Source: Candidatus Velthaea sp. (GTDB taxonomy: Bacteria > Vulcanimicrobiota > Vulcanimicrobiia > Vulcanimicrobiales > Vulcanimicrobiaceae). Taken from it: 64,000 nt of DNA. Each line of letters starts with the position of its first letter. Position 1 is the stretch's first letter. The stretch covers positions 544,001 through 608,000 of the forward strand of contig CBDCCS010000022.1 in assembly GCA_965214935.1 (NCBI GenBank). The letters are read 5' to 3'. This document shows positions 1 through 9,801 of the stretch, in pieces. The notes below the pieces were generated by a model that worked only from the letters and a program-made list of their open reading frames with translations, had not been told where the DNA came from and ran no database searches. Both the position numbers and the translations under genes were made by a program.

Positions 1-9
1 TGATGTCAT
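1..9 (-). CDS. 5' end of a gene running off the left edge (Met-Thr-Ser...)
   Basis: Minus strand reads AAAGAGGAAAGC-ATG ACA TCA: SD-like AGAGGA just upstream of ATG at 9, about 20 nt after the S53 gene stop. Confidence 0.55.
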
Positions 10-28
10 GCTTTCCTCTTTCATAGCC

Positions 29-1726
29 TTATTTCGCATGCGCCGTGCCGATCAACGAACCAAGACCCGTAACCTCGTCATAGCCGGTGAGCGCATTGTA
101 TCCCGGTCCGAAAAATGAGTTGTTGCCCAACGTGACGTCACGAAAGCGCACGCCGTAACCCGTCTTCTTAAAGTATGCATACAGCGTGCCGTCGATGGCA
201 CCCGAACGCTTTCCGGTGGTTTCGTTGTACTGCGTCATGAGCGCTGAAAATAACGGGCTCGACAACGACGTTCCACCTTCCGGGCCGACGAAGGCACCAC
301 TATAATAGAGCGACGTGCCGGTCCCCGGATTGGCATCGAAAGCGACATCCGGCACGTTTCGTCCCGACGTGTCGACGTTCGCGAGTCCCCGCTGATACGA
401 GGGTAAGCCGAACACCGTCGAGACACCGCCGCCGCTACCGTTCCACGCAAGTTCGCGTAAGTAGGTTGCCGTCGGGCTGATGAGCAGCGACGTTCCGCCG
501 ACGGCCGTAAAGTGCGGATCGCTCGCCGGCGCCGAGACACCCAGCCCCGAAGCCGTTGAAAAGAGGCACGTCTGCGCGCCGAAATCACCGGACGACGCCG
601 CAAACGTAATGCCTTCGGCAGCACCCTGAACGGCGATATGATCGCTCAACACGCCGAGATTATCGTCGAGTTCGCAGCCGCCGAAGCTCGAGTTGACAAC
701 ATCGACCTTATCATCTTCGACGACCTTGGCGTACGTGTCGACGATATTCGGCGTCGACAATGTGGGCATGAGATAGACGTAGACGCCGGCACCGGGTGAG
801 ACGCCGGCGATCGTTTCAATGTCGAGCACCGTCTCGATGCCGTCGAAATTGACCGTGCTGCCGCCGTCGACCGGAACACGCACGATCGGCGCCGTCCGTT
901 TTACATTGAAGTACGAAAAATACGTGCTGATATCGCTATCGACAAAGTCGGAATCGATCGCGATACCCGCCGAATGGCCGCTGCCGTCGAAGGTTGCACC
1001 GGGCGCACCCGGTCGCGCATGTTGTACCGGGAAGTCATAGGCGCTTGCAAACGCAAACGGTCCAAGTCCGGTATCGGGACCCTGCAGCGGATAGCCGAGT
1101 GCAATGTCGACGCGATGCGCGGCGGCGCGCACGTTCTGCGTTTTGGCAACGACGAGATTGTTGAGTCCGGCAACGCCGAAGGCGATGCCGCGCAACGCTG
1201 CCGGCAGATACGCGGGCGTCGCATTGGCGTACCGCAAACCACCGGCGGCAGATTGCTTGACGGCGTGGATCTCGGTATGGAAAAAGCTCTCGACCACGGC
1301 CGCCGGAGCGCTTGCATTGATGATCGTTCGCGTCGGTGAAAAGCGCGTGACGCTAAAACCCGCTTGCACCAAAATCGACCCAACGCGATTGTATTGCGCG
1401 ACCGTTGGTGCGAAGACGGCTGCGAATTGAGCGGGCGTCAAGAAATGCCCGAATTCCGGCGAGCTCGGATTGGCCGTAGCGGCAACGAGCGAGTCGAGTT
1501 CGCCCGGATTGCGGTAGTTCAACGCGAGCGCGACGTTGATCCGAGTCTGTGCGGGGGCGCGGCCCGCATCGGTCACGGCTAGCCGCGGAACCGGAGCGGC
1601 TAACGGCGCACCCGACAGACCGACCGGCGTCCGTGCGTTCGCCGCACTCAGCGTCAGTGCCGAGGCCGCGAATGCAAAGCTAGCGGCAATACAAAACTTA
1701 CGGTATTCCTTCGAATAGCGATACAT
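29..1726 (-). CDS. Secreted S53 (sedolisin/kumamolisin-like) serine peptidase with pro-domain
   Basis: Signal peptide; pro-domain FLTPAQFAAVFAPT; catalytic ETVLD (E-x3-D); oxyanion SSGD; nucleophile GGTSLSSP; C-terminal GYDEVTGLGS Ca-site. Confidence 0.93.
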   Translation of the reverse strand: MYRYSKEYRKFCIAASFAFAASALTLSAANARTPVGLSGAPLAAPVPRLAVTDAGRAPAQTRINVALALNYRNPGELDSLVAATANPSSPEFGHFLTPAQFAAVFAPTVAQYNRVGSILVQAGFSVTRFSPTRTIINASAPAAVVESFFHTEIHAVKQSAAGGLRYANATPAYLPAALRGIAFGVAGLNNLVVAKTQNVRAAAHRVDIALGYPLQGPDTGLGPFAFASAYDFPVQHARPGAPGATFDGSGHSAGIAIDSDFVDSDISTYFSYFNVKRTAPIVRVPVDGGSTVNFDGIETVLDIETIAGVSPGAGVYVYLMPTLSTPNIVDTYAKVVEDDKVDVVNSSFGGCELDDNLGVLSDHIAVQGAAEGITFAASSGDFGAQTCLFSTASGLGVSAPASDPHFTAVGGTSLLISPTATYLRELAWNGSGGGVSTVFGLPSYQRGLANVDTSGRNVPDVAFDANPGTGTSLYYSGAFVGPEGGTSLSSPLFSALMTQYNETTGKRSGAIDGTLYAYFKKTGYGVRFRDVTLGNNSFFGPGYNALTGYDEVTGLGSLIGTAHAK

Positions 1727-1950
1727 AAGATCCTTAAATGAGAAAAAAGATCGCGTCGGTAAACCAAGGACCGTTAAGCTTTGGTGAACCTAGCAGGAAC
1801 GCGCTTGCACCATTTCAAGCCGCTTATCCTTTAAGCAATTGCTCGATAACTTCGCCCGCTGCGATCGCGGCAAATCGCCTATGAATGCAAGCAAATCGGG
1901 CGTTCGAAGCCGATCTACCGTCGTTCGGCAGAACAACCGTTTAGGCGAAG

Positions 1951-1981
1951 AAGAAAAAGTTCTACTCTGTTGTCGAGTAGA
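1951..1981 (-). terminator. Probable intrinsic terminator downstream of the sugar ABC operon
   Basis: Minus strand TCTACTC-gacaaca-GAGTAGA 7-bp stem followed by ACTTTTTCTT. Confidence 0.5.
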
Positions 1982-2184
1982 GCAACCGTAGTAAACATGG
2001 AAGCTCGTACCGGTAATTGTGCTAGTACAGAGACGATCGTCAAAGCACTATCGGCCTTGTCTTCCTTCGCTTAGCAGACTAACCGCGAACGCACGTAATA
2101 CCGCATTGTTACCGTGCGGAATACAACTGCGGTCGAGAACGCGCCCGGGCGTCGAATACTTGCCTGCCAGAAATCGGACCAGCA

Positions 2185-3201
2185 TTAGGAACGTAGCGAG
2201 AAGCGCCGGCGTAAACTTTCGTTGAGCAGCGCGCTGCCGATCAGTAGCACCCCGAGGCTAAAGGGCTGCCAAATGCCGGCATTCGCACCGAGCGCGAGGC
2301 CCAAGCCGTTATACAAGAAGATGACGATGAAACTCGCGAGCAAGATGCCTAGCACGTCACCCTCACCGCCGACAATACTTACGCCGCCCAAGACGGCGAT
2401 CGTTATTGCTGCGAGATTCATCGTCGCGCCGACATCGGGCGTCGCACTCGCACTCAAACCGGTCTGCACGACGGCAGCTAGACCGCAGATGAAACCCGCG
2501 GCAGCGTACGCCCAGAAGCGCACGCCCCAAACGTTGATTGCCGAAAAGCGCGCGGCGAGCGCATTAGTACCGACGCCGTAGAGATAGCGGCCGCCGACCG
2601 TTTTTACCAGGACGAACGCCAGCACGAGCGCGATCGGCAAATAAACGAAACCGATCTGGAACGGTATCCCTTGACCGGCGATTTTCGGTATCCAACTCAA
2701 GCCCGGAACATCTTGAACGTTTCCGTTGCCGATCGTAATGAGCAGCGGCGGAAACGCTGACGGCAAATTAGGCTGCGTGGCGTCGGGCAACGGTTGGGTG
2801 TGCGTTACTTGCAGCGCGATTGCAGCGTATGCATAAAACGTCGCAAGCGTCGCAATGAGCGGCGGAATACGCACGGCGCTCACTAAAAATCCGTTGATCG
2901 CACCGAGCAACAGGCCGGCAACGACGGCACCGGCGATGGCAAGCCCGATCGGGACGCCGAGTTCGATGTTGAGCACACCCAGCGTCATACCGGCAAGACC
3001 CAAAATCGAGCCGACCGACAGATCGATCGCGCCGCCGCCCGATAAGATGACGATGCTTTCGGCCAGCGCCAACAACGCCAGGGTTACGCCGTTCTGGATG
3101 ACCTGATACATGTTGTACGGCTGCCAAAAATTCGGGACCGCAACGGAAAAGAACACGACGGTTGCAACAAGGACGAACGCGAGCAACAGCCGCCGCCTCA
3201 T
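2185..3201 (-). CDS. Sugar ABC transporter permease (RbsC/RhaQ/LsrD type)
   Basis: GGGAIDLSVGS, multiple TM segments, GRYLYGVGTN...ARFSAI, ITIAVLGGVSIVGG; 4-nt overlap with upstream permease. Confidence 0.92.
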   Translation of the reverse strand: MRRRLLLAFVLVATVVFFSVAVPNFWQPYNMYQVIQNGVTLALLALAESIVILSGGGAIDLSVGSILGLAGMTLGVLNIELGVPIGLAIAGAVVAGLLLGAINGFLVSAVRIPPLIATLATFYAYAAIALQVTHTQPLPDATQPNLPSAFPPLLITIGNGNVQDVPGLSWIPKIAGQGIPFQIGFVYLPIALVLAFVLVKTVGGRYLYGVGTNALAARFSAINVWGVRFWAYAAAGFICGLAAVVQTGLSASATPDVGATMNLAAITIAVLGGVSIVGGEGDVLGILLASFIVIFLYNGLGLALGANAGIWQPFSLGVLLIGSALLNESLRRRFSLRS

Positions 3202-4205
3202 ACGAGCCGCCGCCGGCGATGTTGCAGAACGTCGGCAGCCACGGCGATCAGAATCAACCCGCCGACGACCAGCCCTTCGAGCAGCCCGACGTTACCGATC
3301 GTGATCAAGGCGTTGTGGACGGCTTCGACGAGCAAGGCGCCGAGTAGACCGCCGACGATCGTGCCGCGGCCGCCGAGGATGCTTGTCCCGCCGATGACCG
3401 TGGCGGCGACGGCTTGCAGCTCCAAACCGCTACCCTCGTTCGGCTGAATCGTGCCGGCCTGACCGAGTTGAATGAGCGCCGCGCATGCGACGAGCACCCC
3501 CATCAGCGCGTAGATCGCGACGGTAACGAGCGGAACGTTGACGCCGGCTAATCGCGCCGCTTCGGAATTGCCGCCGACCGCGTAAATTGCGCGGCCCAGC
3601 GGACGCCAGATGACGAACGCCGTCAGCAGCGCTGCGATGAGCATCGTGAACCACCACGCATTGGGAATGCCCGCGAACGTTCCGAGCGCCAGCGATTCGG
3701 CTAAATGCGGCGGCGTCAACCAATTTTTGCCCAGCGCGCCGATGTGCACCGCGCGGATGATGTTGAGCGTTCCGAGCGTGACGATGATCGGATGGATGCG
3801 GCCGTAGGCAACGAGCGTGCCGTTGAGTAATCCGACGCCCGCTCCGACCGCGAGCGCTGCAACGATCGCGAGCACGAGGCCGCCGCCGCCCGCCATGACG
3901 CGGCCGGCGGCCAGCATGCAAAGTGCCAGCGCCGATCCGACCGACACGTCGATGCCGCCCGTAACGATGACGAGCGTCATGCCGATCGAGACGATGGCAA
4001 CGACGGCGACGTTGGTGAAAATCTGTTCGAGATTCGACGGGCTCAGAAACGTCGGATGCGTGACGTCGAATAACAGGCTGCCGACGATTAGCAATGCGAG
4101 CACGATGGTCTCGCGGCGCAAAAGCAAGTCACGCGTGGGATTGCGCCGCAATTCGATCGGACGCAACGGCGCGGCGGCCGGCCCGATCGACGTTTTAGGA
4201 AACAC
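3198..4205 (-). CDS. Sugar ABC transporter permease (RhaP/LsrC type)
   Basis: GGIDVSVGS, GRAIYAVGGNSEAARLAGV, VIGGTSILGG; start placed at the in-frame GTG 4205 overlapping the ATPase stop rather than 4367. Confidence 0.92.
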   Translation of the reverse strand: MFPKTSIGPAAAPLRPIELRRNPTRDLLLRRETIVLALLIVGSLLFDVTHPTFLSPSNLEQIFTNVAVVAIVSIGMTLVIVTGGIDVSVGSALALCMLAAGRVMAGGGGLVLAIVAALAVGAGVGLLNGTLVAYGRIHPIIVTLGTLNIIRAVHIGALGKNWLTPPHLAESLALGTFAGIPNAWWFTMLIAALLTAFVIWRPLGRAIYAVGGNSEAARLAGVNVPLVTVAIYALMGVLVACAALIQLGQAGTIQPNEGSGLELQAVAATVIGGTSILGGRGTIVGGLLGALLVEAVHNALITIGNVGLLEGLVVGGLILIAVAADVLQHRRRRLV

Positions 4206-5703
4206 GTGTTGCTTCGGTGCGCCGGCCTTCCATCGCTGCGGCCAGCACGTCCGCCGGCGCCGCTCCGCGGCCGAAGGTCCGCCGAATTTCACCTTCGTGC
4301 ATGACGATGAGGCGGTCCGAAAGCGCGAGCACTTCGGGCAACTCCGATGAAATGACCATGATCGCAATACGCTGCTCTTGGGCGAGCCGAACGATGATCG
4401 TGTGGATCTCTTGTTTCGCTGCTACATCGACACCGGCCGTCGGCTCGTCGAGGATGAAGATCTTCGGCTTGGCGGCAAGCCACTTTGCCAGCACGACCTT
4501 TTGCTGGTTCCCGCCCGACAGCGTGGCCGCAGCCGCGCCGATGTTCGCCGGCTTGATCGACAAGTCACGCGCGTAGCCGTTCGCCAAATCGCGTTCGCGA
4601 TCGGTTCGGGTCACCGAACCAAACCGGCTCAGATCGCGCAGCACGACGACGGTTTCGTTGTATGCCACCGGCAACGCGCCGAACAAGCCTTGACCTTTGC
4701 GGTCTTCGGGCAAATAACAAATACCGGCTTCAACGGCCGCGCCGGGCGTGCGCAGCTGAACCGGCCGGCCGGCGAGCAGAATCTCGCCCTGCTGCGCGGG
4801 CTCTTCACCGAAAATCGCGCGCGCGATTTCGCTGCGTCCTGATCCGACGAGACCGAAAAAGCCGACGATTTCACCCGGCCGCAACGCGAAAGAAACGTCG
4901 TGGTAAGCTCCGGCGCGAGTGAGATTCTTCACTTCGAGCATCGGCTCACCCGGCTGGGCAACGGGATGGTCCGCACCGGCGCGCAACGCCTGCCCGGCCA
5001 TGACCTCGATGAGCCCGCTTGTCGTGACGTCGCCGATGCGCCACGTCCCCTTCGTCTCACCATCTTTAAGAATCGTCACCCGGTCGGCGATGGCGAACAC
5101 CTCCTCGAGCCGATGGCTAATGAAAATGATCGCAACGCCGGCCGAGCGCAGCCGGCCGATGATATCGAACAGCCAGCGTGCTTCGCGCTCGGTGAGGATC
5201 GCCGTCGGTTCGTCGAAGACTATGACCTTGGGATCGGTACTGCGTGCCTTCGCAATAAGCGCCAACTGACGGCGCGCGAGGCTTAATTCATCGATCGGCG
5301 CGGTCGCCAGTCCCGGCTCGACACCGAACTCTTCGAGCAGCTCGCGAACTCGCGCGATTTGCGCACGACGGTCGATGTTTCCGAACCGGTTACGTATCTC
5401 GCGACCGAGAAAGATGTTCTCGGTTACCGTCAGCTCGGGATAGACTTGCGGATCTTGATAGACCGTTGCAATGCCGGCGGCTAGCGCTTGCGCCGGTGAG
5501 GCGAAGTTGACCGTTCGCCCGTCGAGGGCGATGGTTCCCCGATCGGGCGCGATTGCGCCCGATAGTATCTTGATCAGCGTGGATTTACCGGCACCGTTTT
5601 GCCCGACGAGCGCAACAACTTCGCCGCCGGTTACCTCGAAATCAACCGCCCGCAACGCAGCGACGCCGGCATACGATTTCGAGATGTCGCGCATCTCAAG
5701 CAT
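4195..5703 (-). CDS. Sugar ABC transporter ATP-binding protein (two ABC domains)
   Basis: Walker A GQNGAGKST, FDEPT, ISHRLEE, LSGGNQQKV, LDEPT, ISSELPE. Confidence 0.95.
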   Translation of the reverse strand: MLEMRDISKSYAGVAALRAVDFEVTGGEVVALVGQNGAGKSTLIKILSGAIAPDRGTIALDGRTVNFASPAQALAAGIATVYQDPQVYPELTVTENIFLGREIRNRFGNIDRRAQIARVRELLEEFGVEPGLATAPIDELSLARRQLALIAKARSTDPKVIVFDEPTAILTEREARWLFDIIGRLRSAGVAIIFISHRLEEVFAIADRVTILKDGETKGTWRIGDVTTSGLIEVMAGQALRAGADHPVAQPGEPMLEVKNLTRAGAYHDVSFALRPGEIVGFFGLVGSGRSEIARAIFGEEPAQQGEILLAGRPVQLRTPGAAVEAGICYLPEDRKGQGLFGALPVAYNETVVVLRDLSRFGSVTRTDRERDLANGYARDLSIKPANIGAAAATLSGGNQQKVVLAKWLAAKPKIFILDEPTAGVDVAAKQEIHTIIVRLAQEQRIAIMVISSELPEVLALSDRLIVMHEGEIRRTFGRGAAPADVLAAAMEGRRTEATRVS

Positions 5704-5739
5704 TGCGGCGCTCCGGCAAGCGCCGGTGCTTAGCCCGCA

Positions 5740-6792
5740 CTAAAAATTAAATTGATCGATGTTTGCTTTAGTGAACGTCGTCGGCGGACCTAACAGGAGC
5801 ATCTTCTTCGCGGCATCGTACTTGATCGTGCCCAGACCCGGGACGTCATTGCTGGCTTTGAAGTCATGGCCACCCGCAAGTTGCAAACCGGCCCAAACCG
5901 TCAGATACCCGAGCTTGACCGGATCCCAAAGAACAAAGCTTTTAGCCGCGCCGCTGGCGACGTACGGCTTCATCCCCGACGGCAGCGCAACACCTGTCAC
6001 GAACACTTTGCCGATTTTGTGGAGTTCCGTTACGGCTTGTGCCGCGCCGGGTCCCGAACTCGTGCACTGTCCGATGATACCGCGTAGATTCGGGTGAGCG
6101 GTGATAAGGTCGCGGCTGTCGGCGACGGATTTTGCCTGATCTTCACCGGAGTACACCACGCCGACGAATTTCATGCCCGGGTATTTTGCCGCGCGCTGCT
6201 TCTCGATTGCAATCCAGCCGTTGAGATTTTGAGCCGCCGGTCCGCACGAATCGATTGCCCATTCGCCGGTCTTCCCCATTTGATCGGCAAGCGCATCAAG
6301 AGTCGCGTTGCCGATCTCTGAATCGAGAGCCTGATTGACGAACACCGCCCGCGAACTCGACGGCGCGTCGGTATCGGAGGTGAAGATCTTAATACCCTGC
6401 GCTTGGGCTTGGGCAAGGGCGGGCGCCACGACTGCCGGATCGTCGGGCGCTACGGCGAGCGCGTCGACGTGCTGGGCGATGAGTTGCTTGACGATTTGCA
6501 CTTGCAAGTTTGCATCGGCGGTAGTCGGACCGTTATAAACGAACTTCGCGCCGAACTTTTTGGCCGCCGCTTCGCCGCCTTGCTGCATTGCATTGAAATA
6601 GCCGATGTTGATTAATTTCGGCACGAAGGCGATGCTCAGCTGCTTATCTTGCGCGGCCGCCGGCCCGATGGAAACAAGCGCGGCCAGCGCTGCAGCGCTC
6701 AAACCGAGCACACGTCGAAACACACGTCCGTTCAAGAAAACTTCCAATCTTGCTGGCCGCACGTACCGGCTCGTTAAGCTCCGCCGGATCAT
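5740..6792 (-). CDS. Sugar ABC substrate-binding protein, RhaS/LsrB family
   Basis: IAFVPKLINIGYF, YNGPT, TSDTD...FVNQA, LWDPVKLGY, FTKANIDQFNF; signal peptide ending AAAQD; true start may be further downstream. Confidence 0.88.
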   Translation of the reverse strand: MIRRSLTSRYVRPARLEVFLNGRVFRRVLGLSAAALAALVSIGPAAAQDKQLSIAFVPKLINIGYFNAMQQGGEAAAKKFGAKFVYNGPTTADANLQVQIVKQLIAQHVDALAVAPDDPAVVAPALAQAQAQGIKIFTSDTDAPSSSRAVFVNQALDSEIGNATLDALADQMGKTGEWAIDSCGPAAQNLNGWIAIEKQRAAKYPGMKFVGVVYSGEDQAKSVADSRDLITAHPNLRGIIGQCTSSGPGAAQAVTELHKIGKVFVTGVALPSGMKPYVASGAAKSFVLWDPVKLGYLTVWAGLQLAGGHDFKASNDVPGLGTIKYDAAKKMLLLGPPTTFTKANIDQFNF

Positions 6793-6826
6793 CGTACGGC
6801 CGATGAGCGTTTGTTATTGTGTGTGC

Positions 6827-6856
6827 AGTATAGACCCGGCCCGCCGTCGGGCGCAA
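6827..6856 (-). promoter_or_regulatory. Putative sigma70 promoter of the SBP-ABC operon
   Basis: Minus strand TTGCGC-18 nt-TATACT, followed by an A/C-rich tract CACACACAATAACAAAC (possible operator). Confidence 0.45.
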
Positions 6857-6900
6857 GCCGTTCTGCGCCGAATGATCGAACGCCGTTTTACGACGGAGCG

Positions 6901-7611
6901 TCAGTCATTCAACGGTGTCGCACTGCGTTCGAGATCCGGGTCGTCGGCGGCCTGCGTGCCGTACGTACGCATCTTCTGTTTCACGCGCTCGATTTCGTCG
7001 TCGGGTAATATTTGCGGCTCGCCGATTTGCAGCGCATAGACGTACTGGCGGGCCAGCATTTCGATGTCGAACGTGCGCCGCAACGTTAGCGCGAGCGTCG
7101 GTCCGACGACGATGAGGCCGTGGTTTGCAAGCAGACACGCATCGCGTTCGTGCAGTGCGACAAGCGCGTTTTCGGCCAACTGCCGGCTGCCGTACGTCGC
7201 ATACGGCGCGCAGCGGATCGTCGGACCGCCGGCGATGGCAACGTAATAGTGCAATGCCGGAATATCGCGGCGCATGCAGGCGATGGTCGTCGCGAACATC
7301 GAGTGGGTGTGGATGATCGCGCCGACGTCCGGCCGGGTGCGCATGATCTCGGCGTGAATGCGCCATTCCGTCGTCGGTTTCGCCGGTCCGTAATAGCTTC
7401 CGGCGGGCAGCATGACGGCTATTTCGTCAGCGCTCATCTCGTCATAGGGAATGCCGCTGGGCGTAATGAGAAACGTGCCGTTCATGCGCACGCTGACGTT
7501 ACCGGCGGTGCCCTGATTGATGCCGAGTTCGATCATGCGCAAGCACGTGCGCACGATTTCCTCACGTAGTCCGCGCTCGTCGAAAGCGGGCGGCGCGGGA
7601 GCGTCGGGCAT
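6901..7611 (-). CDS. fucA: Class II aldolase/adducin family, L-fuculose-1-phosphate aldolase-like
   Basis: GTAGNVSVR, LITPSG, PTTEWRIH, HTHS, LLANHG zinc-ligand motifs; substrate not certain. Confidence 0.8.
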   Translation of the reverse strand: MPDAPAPPAFDERGLREEIVRTCLRMIELGINQGTAGNVSVRMNGTFLITPSGIPYDEMSADEIAVMLPAGSYYGPAKPTTEWRIHAEIMRTRPDVGAIIHTHSMFATTIACMRRDIPALHYYVAIAGGPTIRCAPYATYGSRQLAENALVALHERDACLLANHGLIVVGPTLALTLRRTFDIEMLARQYVYALQIGEPQILPDDEIERVKQKMRTYGTQAADDPDLERSATPLND

Positions 7612-7668
7612 CGCGGCGTGTTCGCTGGGCCATTTCCCGGCGCCTCGTCGCTTCGCTTGCAGTCCGAA

Positions 7669-7698
7669 TTGACACAGCCGCTCGGGTGTGTTTAGAGT
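7669..7698 (+). promoter_or_regulatory. Sigma70-type promoter with an operator-like palindrome in the spacer
   Basis: TTGACA (7669)-18 nt-TAGAGT (7693); ACACAgCCG-ct-CGGgTGTGT inverted repeat across the spacer. Confidence 0.55.
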
Positions 7699-7703
7699 GG
7701 AAC

Positions 7704-9791
7704 ATGACGCTGGGCGTGTCGATTTCCAATTCCGTTCTCACGCGATTGACCGCGCGATCGCGCGGGCTCGGCGCCGACCGAACGATCTGTAACTGGGGCG
7801 GCGGAAACACCTCGGTGAAAACGACGGAAGCCGATCATATCGGACGTCCGACGCGCGTGCTGTGGGTGAAGGGTTCGGGTTCGGATCTTGCAACCGTCAC
7901 GCCGGCTTCCTTCACCGGTCTCAAGCTCGACGAAGTGCTGGTGCTGCGCGACCGCGCGCGGGTCGCCGATACCGAGATGGTCGCACATCTGCGCCGCTGT
8001 ATGACCGATCCCGATCGCCCGCGAGCCTCGATCGAAACGCTCTTTCACGCGTTCGTTCCGGCGAATGCGATCGATCATACGCATGCCGATGCAACGAATT
8101 ATTTTGCCTGCGCGCGAGACGGTGAACGCTTCGCACGCGAGATTTTCGGCGAAGAACTCGTTTGGATTTCCTACCAGCGGCCGGGCTTTCGGCTAAGCCG
8201 CCGCATCGCCGAGGCCGTCGCTGCAAACCCGCCGGCCAAGCTCGTGATCTTGCAAAAGCACGGCTCGATAAGCTGGGGCGACGACGACGACGCTTGCACG
8301 GCGAACACGCTGTCGCTGCTCGGCCGCGCGAAAGCGTTCGTCGACGCGCGCATGGCGGCGACTCCGGCATTCGGCGGCGAACGCTGCGCCGCGCTGCCGA
8401 TCGAGCAACGGCACGCCGCCGCCGCCGACATCATGCCGCTATTGCGCGGCGCCGTTTCGTCCGTCAAAGCTTGCGTTTTGCGCTACGAAGATGCGCCCGA
8501 CGTACTCGAATTCGTCAACTCCGTCGATGCGCCGCGCTTAGCCGCCATCGGGGCGGCATGCCCCGATCATCTCGTGCACACGAAGGTCCGGCCGATGTTC
8601 GTCGACTGGACGCCCGGTGCGAGCAGCGAAGATTTGCGCGCGGCGATCGCAGCGGCGGTCCCGGCGTACGAACGCGCCTACCGCGACTATTTGGCTGCGA
8701 ATGCCGAGCAAAATCTCGACCCCGATGGCGACACGCCGGTCGTTCGGTCGCCGGCCGCCGACATCAATCCGGCGCCGCGCGTTATTCTCATCCCGGGGAT
8801 CGGGATGTTTACGACCGGCAAAGATGCGCAAAACGCTCAAATTTCGGCCGAGCTCTACCATCGCGCGATCGCCGTCATCCGCGGCGCTGAAGTACTCGGC
8901 GGCTTCGTCTCGCTAACCGATGAGGAAAGTCACGCCGTCGAATATTGGCCGCTCGAGCAATACAAATTGAGCCTCATGCCGCCGGAGCGCGACTTCGCGC
9001 GCCGCGTGTGCCTGGTAACCGGAGCCGCCGGCGGGATCGGTTCGGCGATCTGCCGCCGGCTCGCCGCCGACGGCGCCCATATCGTCGCAACCGATATCGA
9101 CGGCCCGGGCGCGCGTGCGCTGGCCGATGAGATTTGCACGCAATACGGTCCGCACCGGGCAGTCGACGTGCCGATGGACGTCACCGATGAGGACAGCGTG
9201 CGCAATGCTTTCCGCCAAGCTGCGCTGGCGTACGGCGGCATCGACATCGTGGTGAGCAACGCCGGCATCAGCTCGAGTTCGCCGATCGGTCAAACGTCGC
9301 TGCGCGATTGGCAGCGCAATAGCGACATTCTGGGGACCGGTTACTTTTTGGTAGCGCGCGAGGCGTTCCGTCAGCTGACCGATCAAGGCCGCGGCGGGAC
9401 GATCGTTTTCATTGCATCGAAAAACGGACTTGTCGCGGGAAAAAACGCCGCGGCGTATTCTGCGGCGAAAGCCGCCGAATTGCATCTTGCACGCTGTCTA
9501 GCCGAAGAGGGCGGCGCGTTGAACATTCGCGTCAACACCGTTAATCCTGATGCCGTCCTCGAGGGTTCGCGCATCTGGAACGGCCGGTGGCGCGACGAAC
9601 GTGCCGCGACGTACGGCATTGCGCCCGAAGCGCTCGAAGAACATTACCGCAAACGAACGGTTCTGGGCGTCAACGTCGTACCGGCCGACGTTGCGGAAGC
9701 CGTCGCATTTTTCGCTTCGTCCCGCGCAGCGAAGAGTACGGGCAACATTCTAAACGTCGACGGCGGAGTCACCGCGGCTTACACGCGTTGA
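7704..9791 (+). CDS. rhaD: Bifunctional rhamnulose-1-phosphate aldolase / short-chain dehydrogenase (RhaEW/YuxG type)
   Basis: NWGGGNTSVK, WVKGSGSDL, SIETLFHAF, HTHAD, CPDH, EYWPLEQYKL, then SDR TGAAGGIG, NAG, YSAAK, VNPDAV. Confidence 0.92.
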   Translation: MTLGVSISNSVLTRLTARSRGLGADRTICNWGGGNTSVKTTEADHIGRPTRVLWVKGSGSDLATVTPASFTGLKLDEVLVLRDRARVADTEMVAHLRRCMTDPDRPRASIETLFHAFVPANAIDHTHADATNYFACARDGERFAREIFGEELVWISYQRPGFRLSRRIAEAVAANPPAKLVILQKHGSISWGDDDDACTANTLSLLGRAKAFVDARMAATPAFGGERCAALPIEQRHAAAADIMPLLRGAVSSVKACVLRYEDAPDVLEFVNSVDAPRLAAIGAACPDHLVHTKVRPMFVDWTPGASSEDLRAAIAAAVPAYERAYRDYLAANAEQNLDPDGDTPVVRSPAADINPAPRVILIPGIGMFTTGKDAQNAQISAELYHRAIAVIRGAEVLGGFVSLTDEESHAVEYWPLEQYKLSLMPPERDFARRVCLVTGAAGGIGSAICRRLAADGAHIVATDIDGPGARALADEICTQYGPHRAVDVPMDVTDEDSVRNAFRQAALAYGGIDIVVSNAGISSSSPIGQTSLRDWQRNSDILGTGYFLVAREAFRQLTDQGRGGTIVFIASKNGLVAGKNAAAYSAAKAAELHLARCLAEEGGALNIRVNTVNPDAVLEGSRIWNGRWRDERAATYGIAPEALEEHYRKRTVLGVNVVPADVAEAVAFFASSRAAKSTGNILNVDGGVTAAYTR

Positions 9792-9801
9792 TGCAAGCGC
9801 C

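Noticed and set aside
1727..2184. Riboswitch or ncRNA in the AT-richer gap upstream of the S53 gene, and ORF 2019..2225
   Set aside because: Only short local hairpins and no riboswitch consensus I could recognise; the ORF overlaps the permease antisense and shows no motif.
5740..6792. AI-2 quorum-sensing (lsr) operon
   Set aside because: The SBP is LsrB/RhaS-like, but no lsrK, lsrR, lsrF or lsrG is present and the neighbours are RhaB/RhaD-type catabolic genes.
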